Assembly: GCA_043228905.1 (NCBI GenBank)
Contig: JBHGNT010000021.1
Coordinates: 9,796,001 to 9,860,000 of the forward strand
DNA length: 64,000 nucleotides
Direction of reading: 5' to 3'
DNA from: Azolla caroliniana
Lineage: Eukaryota > Plantae > Polypodiophyta
Positions 11,868-23,819 of the stretch are shown in pieces. A model generated the notes under the pieces. It had not been told where the DNA came from. It ran no database searches and saw nothing but the letters and a program-made list of their open reading frames with translations. Within the stretch, counting starts at the first letter, position 1. Every line of letters begins with the position of its first letter. The position numbers were made by a program, and so were the translations under genes.

Positions 11868-14800
11868 TGTTAAGTAATTAGGTAATTAACTAGGGTTAAT
11901 TAGAGACTAATTATATGGTTACGTTAAGCAGCAGAAGATTAGTATGATATGCACGTGAGAGTGTGTGAGAGGAAGAGAGAGAGAGAGGAAGTTAAACTTA
12001 TGAGCATGAAGATAAATGGGGGATGATTGACTATATTGAAAAGTGTCATCGACATACAAAAATACCCACAATGAGGTATATATACAACCCATGTGCAAAG
12101 GTGCACATGTGTGGGTAGAACATAGGTACTTATGTGTAAGTCCTACATTAAATGTACTAAGGAGTGGAGGATCTAGAATATCTCACTTAAGTACAAGGTC
12201 CTATTTAAAGGCTTAAGGTCAACACATTAACTAGATTCGATCTAGGTAACTACTAAGTTACATGTGTTGACTAACTAGATTAAACTAGTTGAGCTTGATA
12301 TCTCAACACGCCCCCTCAAGCTCAAGTGCGAGGCGTCCAACATCCGGTTTAGCTTCCTTCGGCTTCGTGCCATTGTTGCGGCTTGAAGCTTTCTTCGCGT
12401 CTTCGCAGCTTCGTTGCGCGGCTCACCGCGTCTTCGCGGCCTCGTTGCGCAGCTCTTCGCGGCTTTGTTGCATGACTCTTTGCGTCTTATTCTCCCCCTC
12501 AAGCTAGTGACGAAGGCTTGGATCCTCGGCTCATATTCGGCCACTACCTTCATCACGAGGGCATAGTGGTGGGCCATATACTCGTTGTAGGCGTAACGAG
12601 TGACTTGGGTCTTCGCTCGTGATGAGTGGCGGAGTTTCTCGTTTGTCGATGTTAGCGCCTTCTTTACTCCAGGTGTCCTCATGTTGGGTACACCGAACTC
12701 ATTGTCTAGTGAGCGAGCCGAATCATCCGAATCACGGTCGTCGGGGTGGACCTCGACTTCGTATTCGGGCATCTTACCTTTGCCTTTGTCCGATGTCGGA
12801 CTTGGCCACGACGTGTTTTCATCGCATGGAGGCTCTTGTGGGCCAATTAGCTCGGTAGAGCTTGGATTCTCCTTCGGTGGAGGACTTGGCCGAGTTTCGT
12901 CATACGAGTTGGCGTTCAACTCTTCCTCGATCGGGTCGGATGGAGTCGCATCGGGCTTATACCAAGATGCCGATTCCTCGAAAACGACGTCACAACTTAT
13001 CCGCACCGCTCGGGTCGAAGGGTTGAAGCACTTGTACGCCTTTTTTGCGGACAAGTATACTATGAGGATACATTCTTCCGACTTCGCGTAGGGCTTCTCT
13101 CAACTTTCGTTCGGGATGTGTACATTCGCAATGCTTCCGAACACCTTGAGGTGCGAGAGGATGGGCTTTCTTCCAACGAAGATCTCGTATGGAGTAAGCT
13201 CGTGCATGGTATTTGTGGTGCATCGATTCATGAGATCGACGGCCGTGGATGCCACTTCCGTCCAATAGAAGTTCGGCATGTGCTTCTCACGCATCATGAT
13301 GCGTGCTACCTCGAGAATTTGCCGATTCTTTCTCTCAGCTACTCTGTTTTGTTGGGGAGTGTGTCGGCATGAGAATTCTCTACGAATGCCTTCACCTTGG
13401 AGGTAGGAGGTGAACTCGTCGGAGAAGTACTCCTTTCCTCCGTCCGATCGTAAGCATCGAATGTGCTGACCGATTTCTTTCTCCACTTGGCTTTTGAGCC
13501 TTTGAAAGTGGGAGAGCACTTCGCTCTTCTTCTTCATCAGGTATATCCACGCGTAGCGCGAGTGGTCATCGATGAAGGTGACGTAGTAGCGGCATCCGCC
13601 GAGCGTCGGCGTTTGAGCCGGTCCCCTTACGTCCGAGTGGATTATGTCAAGGAGGCCTTTGTTTGCGGAGCTCTCCTTCAGGAATTGGAGTCGATATTGT
13701 TTGCCGAGTTGGCATGCTTCGCACACTCGATCAACTCGTTTTGATTCAAAGGCCGGAAGTCTGATTACGACTCCCTTTGATTGCATTCCGCGAAGTCGTT
13801 GGAAGTTTACGTGGCTGATTCGCTTGTGCCACACCTCGATGTTTGCCTCGGTCTTGAGACCTTTGGCATACATGGCCGATTTTACCTCGTTCGAGTCGAG
13901 GATGAACAAGCGACTGTCTCTCCGTCCCTTGGCTATGAGTCGGCCGTCTTTCTCGATGAAGCAACCTTCATTGTTGAAGCGGACTTGCATGCCTTGCTCC
14001 ACGATTTGGCCGACCGAGACCAAATTCTTTGTTATTTTGGGCACGTGGAAGACATTCTTGATGCCGGTTTGCTCGCCTTCTTTCCCGAATGGGACATCGT
14101 CGATGTGCCGAATGGGATGCGGAGTGTCGTCTACGGTCTCTATGTAGCCAGGTCGATCCGGTGTTTGCAAGTCGCGAAACCACTCTTGGTGCGACGTCAT
14201 GTGGTGCGAGGCGCCGGAGTCTATGAACCACGGGTGTTCGGAGTTGGAGGTGCTTGCGGAGTTTGCGGGATCGGAGGCCATCATAGAGTTCGCTCTATGC
14301 CTCATCACGAAGAGTCCACCGTAGTCCGCGTATTCCGCGTTGCGGCGTAATTGGTGAGTTGCCAGCTTGTTGAAGCCGACTCGCTTCGTCTTTTTCGGTA
14401 CTCCTCTTCACGATGGCCGATTTTGCCGCAATAGTTGCACGTAGGTGGCATCATTTGCTGACCTTGTTCGGCGTGGAAGCGCCCCCTTCTTGTGAAGATT
14501 CCTCGATGGCTTTCGTTTCCTTGCCGAAATTGTGAATTCCCTTTGTGGGATAGGTCGAATTGACTTCTTCCGCTTCGACCTCGTCTATGGGCACCATCCA
14601 TATTGGAGAAGAGCATTTGTCCTTCCGATGTGTTGTTCTTTGATTGAACGTGGTTTTCTTCGACCAATAGCATTGATTGGAGGTTGAAGAACGAGGGAGG
14701 GGTATCTCTCGCCAAGATTGCCGTTCTCAACGGGTTGAATCGTTGTGCGAGGCCACCCAAGCATACTTGCACCATCTCTTCTTCGTCGATGTTGACGTTG

Positions 14801-15840
14801 ATGGAGCCAAGAGAGTTGCAAATGCTCTTGATCTTGGCGGTGTAGTGCGTCACGGACATTTCTTTTTGTCGTATGTTGTTCAACTCTTGCGCACAGATGT
14901 GTCCGCGGCGAAAATCGTCTTGACATTTTCCCACACGTCTTTGGGCGTCACGAATGTGGCTAAGCATATGGTCGTGTACACATGTTGCCAAGCAATACAT
15001 TACCTGACTCGCGCCTTGCTCCCACGTTGGGTAGTTGGCATGTGTGATTTCGGGTTTGTTTTCTTGTCCACCGTTGATGTAGCTCCAATACCCTTGGCCG
15101 ACAAGGTATTGATTCATCTTCTACTCCCAAGATGAGTAGTTGCTTCGGTCTAGCTTTTTGCTAGGGAGTGAGCTTCCAATTTGTGTGTTCATGTTGATTG
15201 TTGTGTCTTCCGTTTTGTTTTTCTTCTCTTGGTTGCGTTGTCGTGCCTTTCGGCGCTAGATCTTTGTCGTTCCTTCGTAGTGACACTACGGTAGCAGATA
15301 GCGAAAAGCCCGGATTTGTCGTCGGCATCTCGAACACACAATCACGAATAAGTGGTGGGCTTAGTGGATTTCCTAAACCACGCGCTCTAATACCATGTTA
15401 AGTAATTAGGTAATTAACTAAGGTTAATTAGAGACTAATTATAATAATGGTTACATTAAGCAGCGGAAGATTAGTATGATATGCACGTGAGAGTGTGTGA
15501 GAGGAAGAGATAGAGAGAGGAAGTTACACTTATGAGCACGAAGATAAATGGGGGATGATTGACTATATTGAAAAGTGTCATCGACATACAAAAATACCCA
15601 CAATGAGGTATATATACAACCCATGTGCAAAGGTGCACATGTGTGGGTAGAACATAGGTACTTATGTGTATGTCCTACATTAAATGTACTAAGGAGTGGA
15701 GGATCTAGAATATCCCACTTAAGTACAAGGTCCTATTTAAAGGCTTAAAGTCAACACATTAACTAGATTCGATCTAGGTAACTACTAAGTTACATGTGTT
15801 GACTAACTAGATTAAACTAGTTGAGCTTGATATCTGAACA
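11868..15840 (-). mobile_element. Element G: Ty1/copia with gag-protease-integrase but RT/RNase H deleted, inserted in E
   Basis: LTRs 11868-12308 and 15396-15840; PBS tggtattagagc (15384-15395, -); PPT gagggggcg at 12309-12317 (-); ORFs 14305-15117, 13100-14308 (WFIDSGASHHMT, FIDDHSR, TPQQNRVAER), 12275-13054; sequence jumps from EYEP at the RT start (about 12525) to the 3' region. Confidence 0.93.
13100..14308 (-). CDS. Copia protease / GAG-pre-integrase / integrase segment of G (402 aa open)
   Basis: DSGAS protease motif, HHCC, D-D-E core. Confidence 0.85.
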   Translation of the reverse strand: MMRHRANSMMASDPANSASTSNSEHPWFIDSGASHHMTSHQEWFRDLQTPDRPGYIETVDDTPHPIRHIDDVPFGKEGEQTGIKNVFHVPKITKNLVSVGQIVEQGMQVRFNNEGCFIEKDGRLIAKGRRDSRLFILDSNEVKSAMYAKGLKTEANIEVWHKRISHVNFQRLRGMQSKGVVIRLPAFESKRVDRVCEACQLGKQYRLQFLKESSANKGLLDIIHSDVRGPAQTPTLGGCRYYVTFIDDHSRYAWIYLMKKKSEVLSHFQRLKSQVEKEIGQHIRCLRSDGGKEYFSDEFTSYLQGEGIRREFSCRHTPQQNRVAERKNRQILEVARIMMREKHMPNFYWTEVASTAVDLMNRCTTNTMHELTPYEIFVGRKPILSHLKVFGSIANVHIPNES

Positions 15841-16345
15841 ACTCGGATGTCCTTTTCTCTATCCGAGGACTGGCGAAGTTCGGAGCAGAGGCGGTCAATA
15901 TATGATTCCGCCAGTTGCACGACCATTTTTGCTTTCGAGGCAATGGCGGTTTGTGCTTCAATTTCTTCTCTTAGGGCCTCGGCGGCATTGTCTGTTGGTT
16001 GAGCTGCTTGTTGCGCCGTAGTCGCGTTATGTTCCAACTCCACGATGCGTTCGTTGGCCTTTTGTAGCTCGGCTTGGGTCAGTTTAACCGTTTTCTAGAC
16101 ATTTTTATTTTAAATCGCCATATCCTTGGCGCCAATACTGACCTTAGCCAGTTGCCTTTGAACTTCGATGAGGGCTGCGTTTAATGGGGGTAGTTCCATC
16201 CCCATTCGGCGTATACCGGCGTTCCGTTATCTACCGACTCTGGCTAGCTGCTCCTCATGGTCGTTTTCTGCCGTTTGCGTTAGCGCGCACTCAATCATTT
16301 GTCGCTCCGCGTTGTCGTGCCTTTCGGCTCCGGATCGTTTGCGTG

Positions 16346-17069
16346 AGTCGGGTGGGAACCACTGGGGTTTTGGACTAGGAGAAAGAAGAATATGAGATGA
16401 GGCTAGTAATGAATAGATTATTAGAAAGAGAGATAGAAATTTCGTGAATCCCACGAGTGTATTGTATTCGATTAATCAATATTTAGATAAGAATATGTAT
16501 TTAGATTGAAAGAAAGATATAAGAAACTTGTGAATCCCACAAGTATAGATTATATTATTTTCGTGAATCCCACAATTATATTAATCAGTTGGTGTTTTCG
16601 GAAATATATCCAATTTCCAAATATTTCACACACCTATTACATTGTGCTCCCTATCCTTATATAGTGATGAGAGAGACTAAGCATAGCTACATGCTTTTTT
16701 CTAATATGTTCATGCACACCAAATGTGCATGTGATGCTTTTCTAATCCTTGCTTTTATTTGCTAAATATAGTGCTCATGCACGCTAGATGTGCATGAGTC
16801 ACTTTTTAGTTGCTTGCGTTTTTCTATAAAATATTCACGCACTCTAAAAATGCATGATTTACCTTTTAATAAAGGTAGGCGCAAATAAAGCACTTATAGC
16901 TATTAAATCTATTTGTAAACCACTAAAGGCTACGTGGAGGTACAGGGTTCAAATCTTGCCTTATGCACGTGATAAATATTTTGATATTCTTATTTTATTT
17001 ATTTATATGTAATTAAATCGGTTATATTATTTTTACTTTTTCACGTAGTGTACGAAATACACTACGACA
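16346..17069. repeat. Insert H: AT-rich solo LTR in the extra ORF of E
   Basis: Termini (a)gtcg...cgaca; flanks gcgtg / gcatg (TSD with one transition); abrupt GC drop; internal motif gtgaatcccac present 3 times. Confidence 0.72.
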
Positions 17070-18220
17070 GCATGCTCCTTAGCCATTCATTGGGAAACTT
17101 TTATTTGTTCTGTTGCCAAAAATTCCATGAGTTCAAAAGTAGTTCCGAACAATAATAGTGCGCCGAACTCATGGGCTGTGTCCGGAATGTCCGGGTACGC
17201 CAGGACCTCGCTTTCCATCGTAAATACGTCTTTCCCCCTCTGTGACTGGGCCGAAATGATCGACCGTGGTTCCCAGATTACTTCAAAGGTGGTGTTGGGC
17301 TCCGTACCTACGGAGCTGTCGACCATGGTCGTCGTCTCTGTGGCCGCGAGTGTGACTTTAACTAACCCGCGCCCATCTTTCCTGTCCAGCCTCCGCCGTT
17401 TCGGCCTCGGGCTTTCTTGACGTTGCTCAGCTTCCTGCTCCTGCGAAGTTTCCTCCCTGCGCTCCACCCGTTCCTCCTGTGTTGTTCACATGTTGGGGTG
17501 GGTTGATTGGGGTTCATCCTCTCACTCTGTGGTGGCCAACTCCGCTAACCTTCATTTCGCGGATCGTAGCGGCGGCGTGGGTTTGTTGGGTTGTGGTGCC
17601 AGCAGACCCCGGGGTGGGAATAGTATCATCAGATACTGTTGTATGATAGGTCTTAGCTTTTTTCCTCCTTGATACGCGTGTAGGCCTTCCCGTAACGTTG
17701 TTCCCGTAATGACCCCCCAATCGACCATGCGCCCTTCAAAGAAATCGATGATGATACCTACCTTCTGCTTGGGTATCCCGTATGCATTTACATGCACGCA
17801 TCCGACCTCCAATAGGAACTTGGCTATTTCGCAGAAGAAGGGGTCAGGGATTTCCTTTGTTTTGTATGCCTTGGTGGACGCCGAATATGGCCCGAAATAT
17901 CTCTGCAACGTTTCCGTAGGAGGGATTTCGAAATGCCTTTCTCCCAGTGAGGACAGGTCAAGCTTTTTCCAGATGGATGTGTTGGTGACCATGTCGATAT
18001 TAAGGTTCCTAGCAATGTCCAGGGTTTCAGGGTGAGGGGGTGCCTCGGCGTGAAATTTCCATTACCCTCTTGAATGCCGCACGTGCTCTGCTTAGTTCTA
18101 ATATTGGCTCTGGGTATGGTTCGTAAGCCTCGTCGTGGAGCGCAGTGCCGCCATTTCCATTGTTGGTACGCGAACCTTGGTGCGTCCACGTCGAAAGCTG
18201 ATGCACTTATGTTGCCAGCT

Positions 18221-20160
18221 CTATTTGATATTCGCTGAATGAAGCCACGGTCTGCCAAGCAACATAGGATACGCTCCTGCGGCGTCGAGGGTGAGGACTA
18301 CCGCCGAGACGTCGAAGCGATGTCCTCTAACGATAATGCCTAACTTGCGTATTAAGCCTAAAGGCCGTACTAAGTGGGTATCCGCCATGCGAAGCCAAAA
18401 CGGGCAAGCTTCCCATTCTGAAATTCCCAATTGTTCGCATGTCTTCGCGCTAATTACATTAACGCCAAAGCTGCCACTGATTACGTATCCTGTGATTTCC
18501 TGACCGTGTAATATCAACTTAATAGTTGGATTGTGATGATCCACCACTGTTGGTCCGCCGCTGATGTCCGTAAAATTGGCGGAGACGCCTACCCCAGGTC
18601 TGCCCATTATGCGATCCTCCACGGCCTGGCGAAACCGTGGGACTAGTTGAAGTAGCTTCTCCATGGTCAATGTTATCTCGCAGCCTGCCAATACTTGCCA
18701 TATGGGATCTGGAGATATTACATCTTCCTCCAAAGGCTCCGCATTGTTCACGGACTCCTTCCGAATGCGTTCTGTATTTTCCGCGTTTGCTTTTTCTACC
18801 CATGCTTGGGCCGTCTGACGTATCTCATCTTGTGCGGCCCAATCAGCATTTTTTGTTTGCTGTCATGTCGTGACTTGTTGAACTTCCGCCATAATCGTAT
18901 TGATGGCGGGCCCCTTGCCCTTGCGTAGTGGAGATTGTGTGGCATAATGTCCTCGCTATTGGCAAACAAAACAATGGACGCTAGATTCGCCTTTCTCAGC
19001 AATTGGTGGTGTGTGCCGATCCCCGGGTGTGACTTGCTCCTCCCAGTCCTAGTTCGTTCTTCTGAGCGTACACAGTGGTTGTTGTTGGTCCCGGCGCGGT
19101 TCCTGGTGTCGGTCATCGTCCGAACTTTCGTCGTACCACTATTGGTCCCAATACTGCCCATTGAGGCCACCACGTTTGTTCGTCAGACAGTAATTCTCAT
19201 AGTGTCAGCCTCCTTTATTATATCTGTGGTTGCCTCGGTAGTCTTCATCCTCCGCCTCTTCTTCCTCAGAATCGTTGTTATTCCGGCAATTCCGGTAGTG
19301 CTGATCATCGCATGGGTTCCAATCCGTATACCCGGGTCGTTCTTCTTGGCATCTTTGCTCATTACGGCGAGGGGGGCGTTGTGTTTCCACGCTTCGTACT
19401 GTGGGCGTGGATCTATTCAACATATTGTACTCACACTGCTCGATCGTGTGTGCTTTCGAGTGACAGATTGGGTAGTGGATTCGCATGTTACATTCGACTA
19501 CGGAATGCCCAGAATTAAAGCAAATCGTCCACTGGATTGCCTGGCAAAAATGTTGTTCCTCATCCTGAGATAACGCTTGCCGTAATGAGGACATGGAAAA
19601 CCTTTCCTCTTCTTCATCTAGCTCGAGCTATAGTGCTCATTCTATGCCCATATCGGTCGTTTCTCCTTTCACGCTATTGTTGTTGAGCGTCGTCCATATC
19701 GGTTGTCGTAAAGCTGCCAGAAATGTCTCCCGAGCCTCGTCATCCGTCGGGCCCCGTTCTAATTTCCGTCGTAGATTTTGGAAGCATAAACTGAAATCCG
19801 CTATAGTCTCGACCGGCAACTGTTTAATTCTATAAAATTGCCCGAGCATTTCGCATTGCGGCACCCTCCGATGAAAGAAACGCAGAAAGGCCAATTGCAA
19901 TTGGTCGAAGGTCATGATCGCTAGCAGATCCATCTGTGAATGCCAAAACGCCGCTCTCCCATCCAGGGTTAATCCGAACTTTGTCATTTTGAATTGGTGC
20001 GCTACTTCTTCGAGAAGTCTCTACACCATGTGATTTGCATTCTAGACATTCAGGAACAGTCAAATGTGGGTGGTGGCGTCAGTTTTGCCGTTGAAGCGAA
20101 GGCCATGCTAGACGCTACAGTGGGCAGGGAAAGACCACAATGCTTATGTGGTGAGCGCAC
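18221..20160 (-). pseudogene. gag: gag (retrotransposon gag domain, about three CCHC knuckles) and aspartic protease of E
   Basis: TLDGRAAFWH..TFDQLQLAFLRFF..IKQLPVETIADF; TICFNSGHSVVEC, PICHSKAHTIEQC, CFVCQxRGHYA; protease (D)GSxGVNVIS ... MLLGRPWL. Confidence 0.82.
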
Positions 20161-20376
20161 TTCCTACTTGTCGCCGGGGTATTTGGGGAGCGAGAAATCA
20201 TCTTTGTGGTCCCGACATGTATCACTAAGGTCACTGAGGCGAGGTTTTTGCCGTGCGCGTTCCTCTGCCTGGCGTGTGATGGACCATGTGATTGGTCGGT
20301 CTTGTTCTATTGTTTCTCTGGGACGTTTGTGGCTAAACATCCATTCGTTGTTGTTCATCTGTGAGGAGACACAAAT

Positions 20377-20390
20377 CACCAAGCGTGCCA
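20377..20390 (-). promoter_or_regulatory. Primer binding site of E (tRNA-Arg-like TGGCACGC...)
   Basis: TGGCACGCTTGGTG 4 nt downstream of the 5' LTR on the - strand; tRNA identity from memory. Confidence 0.75.
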
Positions 20391-20394
20391 AAAG

Positions 20395-20864
20395 TGTTAC
20401 CGATTAGGAACACGGTCTACAGTCAGTCCTTCAACCTAGACCTCAAAGTGACTGCGTTGCAACAAATGGTACTGTCGAACCGTAATACGTAATGGGATAC
20501 CTCCTCGTATCCTAGTAGCATATAAGGGAGACAGCTACAACTGAACTCCTTAGACAGTGCACTAGTAACCACACTATCACTCACGCCTACGCTCTTATGA
20601 TTACAATACACCACCAAGAATTACAAACACACAGTAGATTAAACACAAATATGCACAGGGATCAAAGAAGATAGAACTATATTAAGATACGCTCTATGCA
20701 TCAATATTTACACGCTACCTCTTACAAAGGATTTTTGCCCTTTATATACACAGGGTCTTTAAGCCGTTCACGCTTCCCGCATGAACCGTTTACATGCGTT
20801 ATGTTTTTACTATATTCTATATTTCTACGTTCTTGTCCGTCGGTTACTATTCCGGCGGACAACA
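20395..20864 (-). repeat. 5' LTR of E
   Basis: Direct repeat of 10355-10824; TGTT...AACA. Confidence 0.95.
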
Positions 20865-23408
20865 CCTGCATTTTTTCACTCCATGCATTGAATCAAATTT
20901 ACTACCATAGTTTTTAGATGGTCCGGAACATTCTATTGATGTTGAACTTTGTTGTCCAACATTGTTTCTATCTCTATGCCAATCACTTCCATTTTCAGAT
21001 TCACCCCTATCTTCATTTTCATTGTCTTCATCAGTTTCTACATTTTCTTTTGGGTTGTACCATTTGCCCAACTCATCAAATAGTACATCACGGCTCACTA
21101 CAATCTTTTTTGTCAACGGGTTATAGCATCTATACCCTTTTTGCTCCTCTGAATTTCCAACAAGAACACATTTTTCAGTTCTAGATCAAGATTACTTCTT
21201 ACTTTAGCAGGTACATAAACATAGGCAAGGCATCCAAACACTTTTAAGTGTCCTAAACTAAGTTTACTTCCATAGAAACATTCTTCAGGAGTTGCTTCAT
21301 GTACTCTAGATGTTATACATCTATTTAGAATAACATTTGGTGTGTTTACAGCTTCTACCCAATAATACAATGGAATATTTTTTTCAGTCATCATGGCTCT
21401 TGTTATGTTGACCAGAGTTTTGTTTTTTCTCTCAGTAACTCCATTTTGTTGTGGAGTATATCTACATGTAAATCGTCTCCTTATTCCTTGACTACATAGA
21501 AAATCAGAAAATTCATTTGAGAAATATTCTCCTCCATCAAATCTTAAACATTTTATTCTAGTCCCGGCTTGCTTTTCTACCATTCATTTGAACTTACAAA
21601 AAAGTAATCAAATACTTCACTTTTTTCTTTCATGAAGTAAACCCATGTTTTCCTTGAGCAATCATCAATAAATGTTACATAAAACTTACATCCACTAATT
21701 GATGCATTTTTTGTTGGTCCCCATACATCTGTATGTACCAAATCCAACAAATTTTAGCTTACATTGGTTTTGGTTTCCATATTGGCATGCTTCACATATT
21801 TTGCTCATCTCACAATCTTTCAACTTAGTCAATCCAGCCACTGCATTTTTCCTCGACATATTTTTCAAGGTTTGCATACTTATGTGACTGATTCTTTTAT
21901 GCCACATTTCCACATCTGAGATTACACTCATTCATTCTACAAACATGGTTGTAATCTTTTTTGGCATATCCACATCTAACACAAACATTCTTCCTTGACG
22001 TTTTACTTTTGCAATAAGCTTTCCCTGTTTCTCTATAAGGCATCCACTTTTCTTAAACTTAACTTGCATTCCTTGCTCTACTATATGTCCAACAAAAATC
22101 AGATATTTTGCAAGGTTTGGAACATGCATCACATTCAGCATATACTTTGTTTTCCTTTTTCTTCCGACAATGGGATATCTCCAACATGCTCGATTGTATC
22201 AGGGATGTTATCACCTATCTGTACATAACTAGGAATATTTGGTTCCCTTAATCTTTCAAACCAATTTGCATGTCCTGTCATATGATTAGATGCCCTAGAA
22301 TCTACATACCACATAAAATCTTCATTACATCTTTGTGAACATTCAACCATGATTGTTGTTGTTTCATGTTGCATCACAAATGTACCATCTTTATCACAGT
22401 CTTCACTAGTTGAAGCATAATTATTGGGTTGTCTCTTCCCCCTTTTTTCATCATTTTTCTTTTTATAGCATTCAGCTTGTGTATGGCCTGGTTTTCCACA
22501 ATACCAACAGCCATCATCATTCAAATAAGTTTGCTTACCTCTGCCTCGATTGCTCCCCCTTCCTCTAATGTTGTTTCTTCCACTTGTAGCTTGTTGTCCT
22601 CTTCCTTGATAATTATTGTTGGTAAACCCTAAACCCTAATCTTCCATGGCCTCTTCCTCAGCCTCTTCCAGCAATATTGTAGAGGACTTGCCCCTCAGTC
22701 ACAGAGTTTACTTTGTTTACATCATCCATCTGATTTCTTTCTTTCACAACAAGCATTGAAACTAGATCTGGAAAACTTGGGATAATATCCCTTGTGAGAA
22801 TAGATGTTTTGAAGCTTTTATATTGAGGTCCTAAGCCTCTTAAGCATATTTCCACCTTATCATCATCTTCTACCTTTACATTAATAGAAGCAAGTGACTC
22901 ACATATGCTCTTTATTTTCAGAGCATACTCATTAACTGACATCTTACCTTTTTCCAAGGTATTTAACTCAGTTTTCAACTGAAGCATTCTAGCCTTTGTG
23001 TTTACTACAAACAGTTTTACCAAATTGTCCCAAGCTTCTTTTGGAAGCAGAGCATCTTGTATGTGTCCAAGCATCGAATCTGAGATGCTAAGTGACTGCC
23101 AATGCAATACTTTCCTTGCCCCTTGATTCCATTCCATAAATGCTTTAATCTGTGCAACAGTTGCATTTTCTTCAGGGATCTCTGGAGCCTCTTCTAGGTC
23201 GTCTTCAATATAATCCCAATATCATTTTCCCATCAGGAAATTTGTCATTCTAAATTTCCACGCAAGGAAATTATTTTTGTCCAATTTTTCTATGACTATT
23301 TGGCTTCCATTCTCAGCAGCCATTCGCTCTTTCAAATTACGGTTTTTGCTACACTTAACTTCACATACAACTTTCTAATTCAGATATCATGTTTTTGCTC
23401 TGATATCA

Positions 23409-23819
23409 TGTTACGAACGTGCTCCGACTCTTCTTTGTGCAGAGCCGATCGTGATGTGTTGGATTGTTTAATGTGCTCAAGACAGAAAAGAAGGGGAAGG
23501 AGAGTTACCTCTGTAGCAATCCAAAAGCTTCTATTTCATTACACGCAGAGCTCAACTCGCGCTCGTCGGTGTTCTGTTTTTCTGTTCTTTTTCTTCTTAC
23601 AACTCTCTCTTCCACTTTTTACCTAAGTATATAAGTGACTTATATATGCAGCTAATTAGCTGTGAGTAGCTAATTAGTTGTGACTAGCTAAATAGTTGTG
23701 CATAGCTAAATAGTTGTTTCACCTTTATGTCCACTAGTAGCTAATTTCCTAATAGCTACTATAGAAGATCTCACTTACCAATATGCATCACATACCTTTT
23801 TTGAGCTTGTTTCTCAACA
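23409..23819 (-). repeat. 5' LTR of copia D; contains 4 copies of an 18-bp repeat (agctaa[t/a]tag[c/t]tgtg...) at about 23650-23717
   Basis: TGTT...AACA termini; adjacent PBS gctctgatatca (reverse complement of degenerate tggtatcagagc, tRNA-iMet) at 23397-23408. Confidence 0.88.

Larger units (their letters stand above)
10872..18100 (-). pseudogene. Extra ORF of E (N-terminal globular domain + long coiled coil), decayed and split by G and H
   Basis: 17552-17992 PPTETLQRYFGPYSASTKAY matches F PTPEQLIRYFGEYSLASKGY; about 11200-11370 FYKLNDESIAVVREDLAQDYRMLADQ matches F CYTLTSEDFTAIRDELADDFQVLADE; ends ILEED* versus ILDEE* in F. Confidence 0.8.
10355..20864 (-). mobile_element. Element E: gypsy-type (non-chromovirus-like) LTR element with gag, aspartic protease and an extra coiled-coil ORF; no RT/RH/INT in this copy
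   Basis: 470-bp LTRs 10355-10824 and 20395-20864; perfect TSD CCTGC (10350-10354 / 20865-20869); PBS TGGCACGCTTGGTG on the - strand at 20377-20390; retrotransposon gag and protease fragments. Confidence 0.92.
3071..23819 (-). mobile_element. Element D: Ty1/copia (AT-rich), split by insertions A, B and E; its 3' end lies left of the window
   Basis: - strand domain order gag (22658-23300), CCHC CWYCGKPGH, protease WYVDSRASNHMT, GAG-pre-integrase WHKRISH, integrase (21113-21583), RT (9611-10114; 3249-3643), RNase H (about 3071-3140). PBS and 5' LTR at 23397-23819. Reading frames rejoin across the B and E insertions. Confidence 0.9.

Noticed and set aside
16440-16575. gtgaatcccac repeats as further tRNA T-arm mimics
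   Set aside because: No CCA end, no 5' stem strand and not adjacent to an inner LTR border.
18935-19573. 212-aa hydrophobic ORF as an env-like membrane protein
   Set aside because: It is the antisense shadow of the purine-rich gag of E.
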